Source of the DNA: Desulfatiglandales bacterium
GTDB taxonomy: Bacteria; Desulfobacterota; DSM-4660; Desulfatiglandales; Desulfatiglandaceae
DNA length: 64,000 bases
NCBI GenBank assembly: GCA_963662465.1
Contig: OY759599.1
Coordinates: forward strand, 3,968,001 to 4,032,000
Direction: 5' to 3'
Below the pieces are notes generated by a model that was given only the letters and a program-made list of their open reading frames with translations, did no database searches and was not told the DNA's origin. Positions 28,522 to 38,687 of this stretch are shown here, one piece after another. Position 1 is the first letter of the stretch. The number at the start of each line of letters is the position of its first letter. A program made the position numbers and the translations under genes.

Positions 28522-28824
28522 ATGAGGATCATCGCGCTGTCCGCACTCAAGATATTCTGGGAAACACGTCCGTCCTATGCCGATGTTAAGGAACCGGCAC
28601 TAGCGTGGTATCGTCGTGTGTTGCAGGCAGACTGGGAAACACCTGCGGATGTGAAAAAGAATTTCGGAAGCGCCAGCATTCTCAAGGACGGCAGGGTGGT
28701 TTTTAATCTTGCAGGCAACAAATACCGTTTGGTAGTATGGATCAATTATGCATATCGAGTGGTGTATATCCGTTTTATCGGCACCCATGCTCAATATGAT
28801 CGAATTGACGTCCAAACGGTTTAG
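28522..28824 (+). CDS. higB: HigB toxin
   Basis: MRII...VVFNLAGNKYRLVV...IRFIGTHAQYDRID. Confidence 0.93.
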   Translation: MRIIALSALKIFWETRPSYADVKEPALAWYRRVLQADWETPADVKKNFGSASILKDGRVVFNLAGNKYRLVVWINYAYRVVYIRFIGTHAQYDRIDVQTV

Positions 28825-28839
28825 CCGGGGGGATTTCGA

Positions 28840-29223
28840 ATGGATATAAAAGCGATAAAAACCGAAGATAATTATCGTGAGGCTTTGAGTGAAATTGAAA
28901 CCCTAATGCAGGCGTCAGCCGGAACTCCTGAAGGGGAAAAGCTTGATGTGCTGACTACATTGGTTGAGGCCTATGAAACGAAACACTATCCGTTGGATCT
29001 GCCAGATCCGGTGGAGGCGATTAAATTTGAAATGGAGCAGCAATGCCTTACGGTGAAGGATCTTGAAACCATCATCGGTAAAAGCAATCGGGTATACGAG
29101 ATCCTTAACCACAAACGCACATTGACCCTCAGGATGATTTGGCGTTTGCATGAACGGCTGGGCATTCCGGCAGAATCGTTGATTAAGCCACCGACACAAG
29201 AACGATCAAACAGAGCGTTGTAG
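28840..29223 (+). CDS. higA: HigA antitoxin
   Basis: IKTEDNY..AL, LVEAYE..HYP, DPVEAIKFEMEQ, HTH. Confidence 0.93.
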   Translation: MDIKAIKTEDNYREALSEIETLMQASAGTPEGEKLDVLTTLVEAYETKHYPLDLPDPVEAIKFEMEQQCLTVKDLETIIGKSNRVYEILNHKRTLTLRMIWRLHERLGIPAESLIKPPTQERSNRAL

Positions 29224-29340
29224 AAGAATTGTTTCACAGAAGGCAACAAAGAAAAACCCCCTGGAACGCCTCCCGCACATGCTATTGAACAAATCCGGGT
29301 CCCGGATAAAAATTGGGCTGTTGCACTGATACCCAGTTCT

Positions 29341-29820
29341 CTTACGGCCCAGCCAACCGGGCTCGAATGGAGGGCTGTCGCCTCGCTTATTACAGGGCTT
29401 GGCGGTGACATTCTCCACGGGGACGGTTCCAGGATACGTAACCGTTCACGGTTGCCGGTTTACAGTTGCCGGTTCACGGTTGCCGGTTCACGGTTTTTCA
29501 ATGAATTATGGGTTTCCTTCATACAGATTTACATTTTCTTGATGCATCGTTTTTTCAATTTTAATGAAGGATGCGGAATTATGTTGGGATTGATAACCGT
29601 AATTTTTTAAATCTTCACAAGAGGACCCCATAATCTTCCGTTATCCTCTGTTTTTCAACCGTAAACCGGCAACCGTAAACCGTGGACGGTTACCAGGATA
29701 CGTATTGATCTCAAAGGTGAATCGGTCAACATACACAGTCCTCATCCGCAAAAGGAACTCAAACGATACGCCGTGAGGCTTGTCAGAGAATTACTGATAC
29801 GAACAGGAAACATCCCGTGA
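29341..29820 (+). pseudogene. hicA: HicA toxin interrupted by a MITE, native N-terminus missing
   Basis: Removing the MITE and one TSD restores ...LEWRAVASLITGLGGDILHGDGSRIRIDLKGESVNIHSPHPQKELKRYAVRLVRELL...P*, whose stop overlaps the hicB GTG. Confidence 0.8.
29438..29693. mobile_element. 256-bp MITE with 8-bp target-site duplication
   Basis: Ends GTAACCGTTCAC / GTGGACGGTTAC, subterminal 7-mer repeats, and CAGGATAC duplicated at 29430-29437 and 29694-29701. Confidence 0.88.
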
Positions 29821-30152
29821 AAACAGTTACCTACAAGGGATACATCGCCAAAATCGAACCGGATCTTGATGACGGCATTCTTGTCGGACGGGTCATCAAT
29901 ACCCGGGATATCATCGGGTTTCACGGTGAAACCATTTCTGAAACCATCGAAAGCTTTCATTCGGCCATTGAGGCGTACCTTAAAGACTGCCGCCAGAGGG
30001 GTATCGACCCGAAAAAGCCCTATTCGGGCAAATTCAACCTCCGTCTTCCCCCAAAACTTCACAGCGAGATTTCAACTGCGGCGATAAAATCGGGTAAGAG
30101 CCTTAACCAGTGGGTTATCGAAAAGCTTGAACAGTCTCATCATCGTGGTTAA
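29817..30152 (+). CDS. hicB: HicB antitoxin
   Basis: YKGY...GRV..RDIIGFHG, YSGKFNLRL, SLNQW. Confidence 0.92.
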   Translation: MKTVTYKGYIAKIEPDLDDGILVGRVINTRDIIGFHGETISETIESFHSAIEAYLKDCRQRGIDPKKPYSGKFNLRLPPKLHSEISTAAIKSGKSLNQWVIEKLEQSHHRG

Positions 30153-30422
30153 AAGGTTGCGTATTAGAACGGTGCTCATTCTTTTATTATTTCGCTATGC
30201 TTCCATTCCGTTTTTATGATAGCATTAAAGTTATCGCATTGATGGGTATGATTGGGACAGGGCAAATTTGTTCTATTTGTAAACCTTTGATATCAAAACC
30301 TTATGAAGGACACATCAATTCAAACAAATCAATGGATTAGCGTTAGAACAAATTCACCGTGATGATTGGGAGTCTGATTATACTATCATGCAAAAAATCA
30401 TGAGCAAAAAAACGAGGACAAT

Positions 30423-31463
30423 ATGAGAACTGAAAGAACCCTGATAATTTTTCTTTTACTATCCCTTTTGTTCGGGCTGACAGGCGGATGCGGCGGCAAC
30501 AGCGACGATGCGGCGAATCCCGAACCGGAAACCGGGAAGTTCGATCTCGAAACCGCGATTAAACTCGGAGAACTGAGCCTGGTGGCCTATGAACAGCTGG
30601 AGCAGTGTATAGACTCCGGCAAAGACGCAATCACCGTACCTGCGCCTTATACGCTGGAGGAGGTTCTGTTCGAAGGTGTGGACAGCGAGATTAACCCCAC
30701 GTGCAAAGATGATACGAGTGTGGCGCCGATTGCGTTTATAGCCACAGAGGGGGACAATATATACCTGGCTTTCAGGGGGACGGCCAATATCGCCGACGCG
30801 CTTTCCGACGTCCTTGATATTCAGGTTCCCTATACCCTGGTGCCCGACGGCGGAAACGTGTCGGAGGGATTCCTGAACAAATATATGGGAACCGATGTGA
30901 ACCCGATACGGCCCGACATCCTCAGCAAACTGAACGCGCTTGTTAAGACGGGCAATTACAACAACCTTTATATGACGGGGCACAGCATGGGGGGAGCGCT
31001 CGCGGTTACCGCCTTCCCCGATCTCTCTCAAAATATATCTATTGCAAACTTGTTCATGTATAACTTCGCGGGACCCGGAGTGGGGGACAGCAAATTCGTA
31101 AGCACCTATGAGGGGGAGTACGGTGCGAGCAGCGTGAGTTGGAGAATAACGAACACGAACGACCTCGTTCCGAAGCTTCCGCCGCTCGGCCTCGACTGCA
31201 CGGATCTCATGTACGAACACGTAAGTGGAAAGCATGAAATAACCTTTGGCGTTACCCTTCCGGATCTTCCCGATTTCAGTGACTTCGATTGCAACCAGGT
31301 AGCAATAAACGCGGCTATCCTTGCCTATGGTGTTTCAAACCGGGAGGATATCATAACAGACCACAAAATGTGTACTTATTTCAAAACGCTCTGCATGCAG
31401 GGCGCCGACCCTTCCACCTGTGACGAAAGGGCAATCGGGTGCGACGGGGACGACAGCGAGTGA
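30423..31463 (+). CDS. Lipase class 3 family lipoprotein
   Basis: Lipobox-like LTGGC, AFRGT, TGHSMGGALA, DLVPKLP. Confidence 0.88.
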   Translation: MRTERTLIIFLLLSLLFGLTGGCGGNSDDAANPEPETGKFDLETAIKLGELSLVAYEQLEQCIDSGKDAITVPAPYTLEEVLFEGVDSEINPTCKDDTSVAPIAFIATEGDNIYLAFRGTANIADALSDVLDIQVPYTLVPDGGNVSEGFLNKYMGTDVNPIRPDILSKLNALVKTGNYNNLYMTGHSMGGALAVTAFPDLSQNISIANLFMYNFAGPGVGDSKFVSTYEGEYGASSVSWRITNTNDLVPKLPPLGLDCTDLMYEHVSGKHEITFGVTLPDLPDFSDFDCNQVAINAAILAYGVSNREDIITDHKMCTYFKTLCMQGADPSTCDERAIGCDGDDSE

Positions 31464-31578
31464 GTGCAAAAAAACACTTCAAGTCCAGTCACCCGGGTGT
31501 AAATCACGGCTGTTGGAGAATCAAGCTGTCAACTGTTTCAGAGTGTCGGTGGTTTGGTCGCAAGTGGCCACATTTGTT

Positions 31579-31647
31579 GTGCGACTAAAGTCGCACCTAC
31601 AACGGTGCATCACTGGTCTCGGGATGTAGGTGCGAATTCATTCGCAC
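31579..31647. repeat. GTAG-type REP doublet in inverted orientation
   Basis: GTGCGACTAAAGTCGCAC-CTAC and GTAG-GTGCGAATTCATTCGCAC. Confidence 0.7.
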
Positions 31648-31720
31648 ATTTTTCCTTCGTTCCCGAGACCAATGGAATCGAGGGACTCTCCAACAGTCTT
31701 GATTCGCACCCCAGCCACCC

Positions 31721-32809
31721 TCATTTTGATGGCCGGAACAGCTTGTAATCCGTATACCCTTCCGGTCCCGGTGAATACCACAAAGACATATCTTCAGCCG
31801 GATTTATGGGCCGGTGATGTTGGAATCGTTCGGGCAAATCCGGGTTTGTGATAAATGGCCTGCCAAAAGCAATCATATCGGCATGACCCTCCGAGATGGC
31901 TTTTTCTGCTGTTTCCTGATGATAACCACAATTCCCCATCAGCATTCCCTGAAAAATCGGCCGGAATTCCGCCAATGTCATTGGTTCGCCCTTTCCGTGA
32001 AACCCGAAGGCCAGGCCATCCATGACGTGCAGATAGCCAAGGTTCAGTTTGTTAAGGGCTTCGGCCACATAAAGATAGGTCTCCCTGAAGTCCTCACTGC
32101 CCATATCATTGAAAACACCGTTTGGCGAAATACGGGTGCCGACACGACCCGGTTCCCAGACCTCAAGAACGGCTTCAATCACTTCTTTGAAAAAACGGAA
32201 TCTATTTTCAATACTCCCGCCGTATTGATCCTGACGGCGGTTGGTTTTTGAATCGAGGAATTGATTGATCAAGTACCCATTGGCCCCATGCACCTCAACC
32301 CCGTCAAAGCCGGCCGCTTTGGCATTCATGGCGGCTTTTCGGTAGTCCTTCACGGTCGCTTCAATTTCATCCACGGATAGAGGGCGTGGCGTTTCATATG
32401 ATTTTTTACCGAGGGGCGTGTGAATGGCATCGCCATTGAGCTTGACCGCGGAAGCCGACACAGGCAGTTCACCCCCGTGAAAATCACTATGGGATGCTCT
32501 GCCGCAGTGCCAGAGCTGAAGAAAAATGGGCGTTTCGGTCGGCTTGATTCGATCTGTGACCTTACGCCATCCTTCGACCATCTCTTCAGTAAATATTCCC
32601 GGTGAATCAATCCAGCCGATTCCCTGTCTCGAAATGACGGTCGCCTCGGTGATTAAAAGTCCGGCGCCGGATCTTTGATGGTAATATTCGGCCATCAATT
32701 CATTGGGAATACGGTCTTTGCCGGCACGCGCCCGCGTCATGGGCGCCAGAGCGATTCTGTTTTTTAAAAGAAGGCCTCCGATGGAAAATGTTTCAAATAA
32801 TCGGCTCAT
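31721..32809 (-). CDS. nemA: Old yellow enzyme / N-ethylmaleimide reductase-like alkene reductase
   Basis: NRIALAPMTRAR, QLWHCGRASH, EVHGANGYL, GRPFITNPDL. Confidence 0.9.
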   Translation of the reverse strand: MSRLFETFSIGGLLLKNRIALAPMTRARAGKDRIPNELMAEYYHQRSGAGLLITEATVISRQGIGWIDSPGIFTEEMVEGWRKVTDRIKPTETPIFLQLWHCGRASHSDFHGGELPVSASAVKLNGDAIHTPLGKKSYETPRPLSVDEIEATVKDYRKAAMNAKAAGFDGVEVHGANGYLINQFLDSKTNRRQDQYGGSIENRFRFFKEVIEAVLEVWEPGRVGTRISPNGVFNDMGSEDFRETYLYVAEALNKLNLGYLHVMDGLAFGFHGKGEPMTLAEFRPIFQGMLMGNCGYHQETAEKAISEGHADMIAFGRPFITNPDLPERFQHHRPINPAEDMSLWYSPGPEGYTDYKLFRPSK

Positions 32810-32835
32810 TTTTTCATCTCCTTTAAAATTAGGGG

Positions 32836-35800
32836 TTACAAATCAACCTCAACTTTCCGTTTTGCACCCATCAGGTTATGAAAATCGTCCAGAATGGCAT
32901 AACCGCAGGGCACAAGAAGGAGGGTGATGCCGGTGGCGAACATGACGCCGAAACCGAGGCTCACCGCCATGGGGATCAGGAACTGGGCCTGAACACTCTT
33001 TTCCAGGAGCATGGGGGTCAGGCCCGCAAAAGTGGTCAAAGACGTGAGAATAATGGCCCGGAACCGAAGCCCCCCCGCACGAATCACCGATTCCCTGGCA
33101 TTTACGCCCTGTTCCCGGAACCTGTTGGCGGCATCGATCAGCACCAGGGAATCATTGACCACCACACCTGAAAGGCCCACCATGCCCATAAGACTCAGCA
33201 GGCTCAAATTATATCCCATGATGAGATGCCCCGCAATGGCCCCCACAACGCCGAAGGGGATGGCGGCCATGACCACAAGGGGTTGGCTGAAGGATTTAAA
33301 AGGGATGGCCAACAGTGCGTAGATGCAGAAAAGGGCCACTGAAAATCCGCTTACCACATCGGCCAGGGATTCCTTCTGCTCTTTGCCTTCACCCTCCATG
33401 GCATATCTTAAACCGGCATACTTGAATTTCATTTCTGGCAAAATACGGCTTTCCAGGTCCAGGCGCACCTCGTTGGCGTTGGCCACGGATTCATCCACAT
33501 CCGCAATCACCTTAATGACGCGAAGCCGCTGAGCACGCTCGATGGAGGCATATCCCTGCTCCATTTTCACTTCCGCCACCTGACGGAAGGGCACCTCCAA
33601 ACCCTCGGGGGTGCGGATTCGCATCTCCTCCACATGGCCCAGGGAACGCCGTTCCTCCTCCGGATAGCGCACCAGCACTTTAACCTCGTCCTGGTCTCGC
33701 TGAAGCCTGAGGGCCTCCGCCCCGTAAAAGGCATGGCGCACCTGCTGGGCCAGATCGTTCAAGGTCAGTCCCAGACTTCGGGCGGCGGGCTTTAGTTTGA
33801 GCTGCATCTCTTCCTTTCCGGGCAAAAAACTATCGCTCACATCAAATACCCCGGGGTATTTACCCAGCTCCCGCTTCAGATCATCAGCCGCGGCCAGAAG
33901 CTGCTCATGATCATCCAGTGACAGGTGGACCTCCACCGGGTTTCCGGCGCTGAAAAGATCGCTCTGAAAGGTTATGGACTCGACATCGGGAATAACACCG
34001 ACCTTTTTCCGCCACAATTTGACCAGGTCCATGGCGCTCACATCCCGTTTTTCACCGTCCAGCAGTTGCACAAACACCTGGGCCAGGTGACTCCCGGATT
34101 GTCCGGCCCCTCCATGAGGTCCCCGTCCCCCCGTATGCATCCCCACCAGTGAAATCATGTATTCCAGAAGGGGTTCTCCGCCATCAGGTCTCTTCTTCTC
34201 CACTTCTTGAATGGTTTCCCTGGCCGATGCCTCCAGGCGTTTCACGATCCTTTCCGTTCGGGAAGCTGAGGTGCCTGCCGGCATGGTAACCGAACAGGTG
34301 AGGGTATCCCCTTCCACTTTTGGAAAGAAGGTAAAGCGGATCCACCCGCCTTTCCAGACCCCCACGGACAACAACAGAACGGCAATGCCCACGGCCACGG
34401 TGGCATACCGCCATCTCACGCAAAAGGTCGCCAGTTTCGTATAGGGTCCTCGAATAAACCACTTGAGGCCCCTTGAAATCAGCTTCTCTTTCCTGGGTTT
34501 AGATCCGCGCCTGGCCTTGCGTTCCCGGCTTCGATTGAGATGGGCCGGCAGAATCGCCAGGGATTCCACCAGGGACCCCAGCAGCACCAGGATGACCACA
34601 ATGGGAATGTTGCGCATGATCTTCCCCATGTTGCCCGTTCCCGACAAAAGGGGCCAGAATGCCGCCACGGTGGTCAGAACCGCAAAGATCACGGGCCTTC
34701 CCACCTCCACGGCGCCGTCGATGGCGCCCTGCCGGGGAGCCATGCCCTCTTCATATTTCCGAAAAACGTTTTCCCCGATAACAATGGCATCGTCCACCAC
34801 AATACCCAGGACCATGATAAAGCCGAACAGGCTGATCATGTTGATGGACACATCAAAATAGGGCAGCATCCAGAGTCCCGCCAGAAAGGAAATGGGAATG
34901 CCCAGGGTCACCCAGAAGGCCAGTTTCAGGTCCAGAAACAGGCTCAGCAAGATGCTCACCAGGATCAACCCCAGGGCCATGTTCCTCAAAAGCAGATCAA
35001 GACGGCTCTTAAGCATCACCGATCGATCATTGTAAATATCGATGCCGATGCCTTCGGGAAGCGTGGGTCTGATCTTTTCCGTAAATTTTTTGATGGTTTC
35101 CGCCACGGTCAATGCGTTCTGGTCCGCCACGCGAAACACTTCGATCAAGGCGGTAGGCTTTCCCTGGAACCGGGCCGCCAGATCCAGATCTTCAAATCCA
35201 TCACTTAATTCGGCGATGTGTCCCAGGGTCACATTGCCGCCGTCAGGGTTGGTGAGAATGGGAATGCCCCGGTATTCATCGGCATAATACCGCCGCCCCT
35301 TGGTGCGAATCAAAATTTCCCCACCGGCGGTTTTAACGCGACCCGCCGGCAGATCCAGACTCCCTTTCCGGACCGCCTCCGCCACCTTTCCAAGGGTTAA
35401 CCCGTACCGCCTAAGGGTCTCCTCGGGAATCTCCACATGGATTTCCCCGGTTTTAACGCCGGACAAATCCGCCTGGGTAATGCCCGGCAGGTTGATAATT
35501 TCGTTTTTGATGGTCTCCGCCAGGTTCTTGATGGTGGACTCGGAAGCATCCCCGTACACCGCCAGACTAATAACCCGATTGCGCCTAGTCACTTCCCGGA
35601 CAATGGGCCGTTCCGCCTCATTGGGAAAGGTGGTAATGCTGTCCACCTCGCTTTTAACCTCATCCAGCAGCTTCTTGAGGGGCCAGTCCTTCATGACTTC
35701 TATGGTAACGGTCCCCAGACCTTCCCGTGACGTGGAATCGATTCGTTTGATGCCGGAAAGACCCGCCACCCGTTCCTCGATACGCCGAACAATGGCTTCT

Positions 35801-35982
35801 TCCACCTCGGAGGGAGAAGCGCCGGAATACTGGGTGGTCACGGTGATCATATCCAGGGAAAATTCGGGGAAAACCTCTACCTTCATGGTCATCCCCGTCA
35901 CGGCGCCCGCCAGCACCAGAAACAGCATGAGCAGATTGGCGGCCACATGGTTTTCCGCAAACCAGGCGATCATCCCTTTCAT
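32836..35982 (-). CDS. RND efflux permease (AcrB family)
   Basis: GIVVDDAIVIGEN, RFRAIILTSLTT; 1048 aa. Confidence 0.95.
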   Translation of the reverse strand: MKGMIAWFAENHVAANLLMLFLVLAGAVTGMTMKVEVFPEFSLDMITVTTQYSGASPSEVEEAIVRRIEERVAGLSGIKRIDSTSREGLGTVTIEVMKDWPLKKLLDEVKSEVDSITTFPNEAERPIVREVTRRNRVISLAVYGDASESTIKNLAETIKNEIINLPGITQADLSGVKTGEIHVEIPEETLRRYGLTLGKVAEAVRKGSLDLPAGRVKTAGGEILIRTKGRRYYADEYRGIPILTNPDGGNVTLGHIAELSDGFEDLDLAARFQGKPTALIEVFRVADQNALTVAETIKKFTEKIRPTLPEGIGIDIYNDRSVMLKSRLDLLLRNMALGLILVSILLSLFLDLKLAFWVTLGIPISFLAGLWMLPYFDVSINMISLFGFIMVLGIVVDDAIVIGENVFRKYEEGMAPRQGAIDGAVEVGRPVIFAVLTTVAAFWPLLSGTGNMGKIMRNIPIVVILVLLGSLVESLAILPAHLNRSRERKARRGSKPRKEKLISRGLKWFIRGPYTKLATFCVRWRYATVAVGIAVLLLSVGVWKGGWIRFTFFPKVEGDTLTCSVTMPAGTSASRTERIVKRLEASARETIQEVEKKRPDGGEPLLEYMISLVGMHTGGRGPHGGAGQSGSHLAQVFVQLLDGEKRDVSAMDLVKLWRKKVGVIPDVESITFQSDLFSAGNPVEVHLSLDDHEQLLAAADDLKRELGKYPGVFDVSDSFLPGKEEMQLKLKPAARSLGLTLNDLAQQVRHAFYGAEALRLQRDQDEVKVLVRYPEEERRSLGHVEEMRIRTPEGLEVPFRQVAEVKMEQGYASIERAQRLRVIKVIADVDESVANANEVRLDLESRILPEMKFKYAGLRYAMEGEGKEQKESLADVVSGFSVALFCIYALLAIPFKSFSQPLVVMAAIPFGVVGAIAGHLIMGYNLSLLSLMGMVGLSGVVVNDSLVLIDAANRFREQGVNARESVIRAGGLRFRAIILTSLTTFAGLTPMLLEKSVQAQFLIPMAVSLGFGVMFATGITLLLVPCGYAILDDFHNLMGAKRKVEVDL

Positions 35983-37166
35983 CCCTGTTTGTCCTCCATT
36001 TGAGGCACGGCCCGAACCGCCATGCCGTCGGTGACGGTTTTCAGTGGGGATATGACAACCTGATCCCCGTTCTTAAGCCCATTCTGAATCTGTACCTGTT
36101 CACCGTCGATTCTTGCCACCCGGACCTTTCGATAATGGAGCAAATCTTCCGGGTCCACCACCCACACCGTATCTCCCTGGTGCAGCGCGCTCCGAGGAAG
36201 AACAACCAGATCGGGCATTTCACGCCCCTTGATCTCCACTGTAACAAAAAGACCTACGGCCAGGGGGGGCCTTGCGACATAGGGGTTGCTTACGCGGACC
36301 ACCACCCGAACCATTCGGGTCCGCTCATCCATCTTACCCTCGGCCCGAACCACCTGACCTTCCCAGGTGCATGACCTTCCCGCAAGGCGCGCCCGAACCG
36401 TCGCCGGAGCGCCGGCCCCATCTCCCGGCGTAAAACCGGGCACGTGAAACCAGAAAAGGCTCTCGTCATCCAGGGGAACCACAATTTCCACCACCTCGGT
36501 GGAAAAAAGCGTGGCCAACTCTTCCCCGGCCCTCACATATTGACCCAACCCCACATCTTCAACTTCCACCCGGCCATTAAAAGGGGCTTTGATATCCGTC
36601 CGTTCAAGGGCCAGCAGGGCATTTCTTAAATCGGCTTGATCGGCCGACAGCTTGGCCCTGGCCGCCGCCAATTGGGGCTTTTTGAGTACGAGGGGGGACG
36701 GGTCCTTCCTCTCTCCGGCATCGTCCTGGTAAAGCTGACCCCATTCCTCCTTTGCCGCTTCGCTCTCCTCCTCCGCCAGGCGAAGTAAACTCTGTGCGTT
36801 TTTCACCTTGGCCTCCTGGAGGGTCGCAGCCAACCGATAATCCTCGGGCTCGACACACAACAGGGTCTCCCCTTTCTTGAAGGCGCCCCCATTAATCATG
36901 GACGGAGAAAGAAAAACGACCTTGCCGCTCACCTGGGGCGCCAGGTCAATCTCGTTAAGCGGCCTGACCGTGCCTTCCCCTCGAATGATCATGGCTTTTG
37001 AGGCGGTTTGAACCACCATGGTTCGGACCATGGGCAATGGCGTCGCTATTTTACGCTTTTTCATCTGTGGCTTGCTTTCAGTTAGCTTTATCATCCCAAA
37101 AGCGCCCAAAAGAATGAGGACAATGGTAAAGGATACCTGAATAATTCTTTTTTTTGTTTTTCTCAT
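35979..37166 (-). CDS. RND periplasmic adaptor (membrane fusion protein)
   Basis: N-terminal TM, PQVSGKV, IKAPFNGRV. Confidence 0.92.
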   Translation of the reverse strand: MRKTKKRIIQVSFTIVLILLGAFGMIKLTESKPQMKKRKIATPLPMVRTMVVQTASKAMIIRGEGTVRPLNEIDLAPQVSGKVVFLSPSMINGGAFKKGETLLCVEPEDYRLAATLQEAKVKNAQSLLRLAEEESEAAKEEWGQLYQDDAGERKDPSPLVLKKPQLAAARAKLSADQADLRNALLALERTDIKAPFNGRVEVEDVGLGQYVRAGEELATLFSTEVVEIVVPLDDESLFWFHVPGFTPGDGAGAPATVRARLAGRSCTWEGQVVRAEGKMDERTRMVRVVVRVSNPYVARPPLAVGLFVTVEIKGREMPDLVVLPRSALHQGDTVWVVDPEDLLHYRKVRVARIDGEQVQIQNGLKNGDQVVISPLKTVTDGMAVRAVPQMEDKQG

Positions 37167-37223
37167 AATAGGCCCGTCTCTTTCGGGCGGACACACAGAT
37201 CCGCCCCTACATTATCTTTCTCT

Positions 37224-38687
37224 TCACCAGATCGTATAAGATGCCGCCCCTTCGGTCTCTTTTCCCGTGACCGGGGGGAGCATTGCCCAACCACCACCCA
37301 GGGCCCGATGCAGGGAAACGCGATTCGCCAGGATCGTCAACTCCACCAGCAGCAATTGATCCTCCGCCTGAAATCGCGTCTGCTGCGCATTCAACACGGT
37401 CAGGTAATCGGTCAGCCCGCGCATATACCGGGATTCCGCCACCCGTTGGGTGGCGCGGGCTTCCAGCACAAAACTCAGGACATCCTCGCGACGCTCAATC
37501 TGTTTTTTGCGGGTTAAAAGCGCATTTTCAACCTCTCTAAAGGCATTCAGCACCGCTTTAGCGTATGCGGCAACCCCTTGGGCATATCGTGCTTCGGCGG
37601 CCCGTTGATTGGCCTTTAACCGACCGGCATCGAAGAGCGGCTGCGCCAGAGCCGCGGCCAAACTCCAGGCAGCCCCGGGCTGAAAGAGGTTGAACAATTC
37701 TTCGCTGGCATAGCCGTAGGCCCCCGTCAAATTGATACTGGGAAAACGGCTGGCCTTGGCCACACCGATCTGCGCATTTAAGGCCTTCAGCTGCGCTTCG
37801 GCCGCCCGAATATCCGGTCTGCGCAGCAGCAGTTCACTGGGAAGACCAGGCGGTATGGCCCTGAGCTTCTTGTAATAGTCCTCGGGCTGAGAATAGGGTT
37901 TATGGGTTTTGGGATATTCCCCGGAAAGCACGGAAAGGGCCTGCTGTGCGGCGCCCAGTTCCTGCCTGAGCTGAGGGATATTTCCCCTTGCCTGGTTCAA
38001 GGTCCGCCGGGCCTGTCTGAGATCCAGAATGCTGGTCAGGCCCCGCTTATAACGCCGCTCCACGAATGTGACGCTTTCCTGGTAATTATTCAAGCTTTGA
38101 AGGGTGATCTGGATCCGTCTTTCAAGGGATTGAATTTGCAAATAAAGGCTGATGGCCTCGGACACCAGACTCTGGGACAGGGTCAGCCGATTTTCTTCCT
38201 CTTGCAACAATTGGGCGCGTGCGGCTTCTTCGGCCCGTGCATATTTCCCCCACAGGTCCACCTCATAAGAGGCCGGCAGGGAAGCGCTGTACTGGCTCAC
38301 GGTTCCACCCATGGGAATCCCCGCGAAAAACGATTCGGGCTCATGTTGCCGTTGCGCGCCGCCTTGAACTCCAAGCGTGGGAAAACGATCCGCCCGCGTC
38401 TGAATGACCTGGTATTGCAATTCCAAAATACGCGCGGCGGCCTGCTGAAGATCCGGATTGTTTTTCAGCACCCGGTTCACCAAACTGTTAATCTCAGCAT
38501 CTCCAAAAACCTCCCACCATCGATCCTCTGCTGTAACGGCAATCGCATTTTTGGGTGTATACTGAAACTTTTCCGGCGGGGACAGCTGAAGATCCGGTTT
38601 TTTAAAATCCGGCCCCATCTTCATGCACCCACCAACCATCAGACAGAGGACCAGCAACATCCAAAATAACACCCTCACCGGTCTCAT
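37224..38687 (-). CDS. Outer-membrane efflux lipoprotein (NodT/TolC family)
   Basis: Lipobox, YEVDLWGK, PSELLLRRPDIRAAE, ALGGGW. Confidence 0.93.
   Translation of the reverse strand: MRPVRVLFWMLLVLCLMVGGCMKMGPDFKKPDLQLSPPEKFQYTPKNAIAVTAEDRWWEVFGDAEINSLVNRVLKNNPDLQQAAARILELQYQVIQTRADRFPTLGVQGGAQRQHEPESFFAGIPMGGTVSQYSASLPASYEVDLWGKYARAEEAARAQLLQEEENRLTLSQSLVSEAISLYLQIQSLERRIQITLQSLNNYQESVTFVERRYKRGLTSILDLRQARRTLNQARGNIPQLRQELGAAQQALSVLSGEYPKTHKPYSQPEDYYKKLRAIPPGLPSELLLRRPDIRAAEAQLKALNAQIGVAKASRFPSINLTGAYGYASEELFNLFQPGAAWSLAAALAQPLFDAGRLKANQRAAEARYAQGVAAYAKAVLNAFREVENALLTRKKQIERREDVLSFVLEARATQRVAESRYMRGLTDYLTVLNAQQTRFQAEDQLLLVELTILANRVSLHRALGGGWAMLPPVTGKETEGAASYTIW

Noticed and set aside
29438..29495. 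Possible CRISPR array or iterons
   Set aside because: 7-bp tandem units with no spacers and no cas genes; explained as MITE subterminal repeats.
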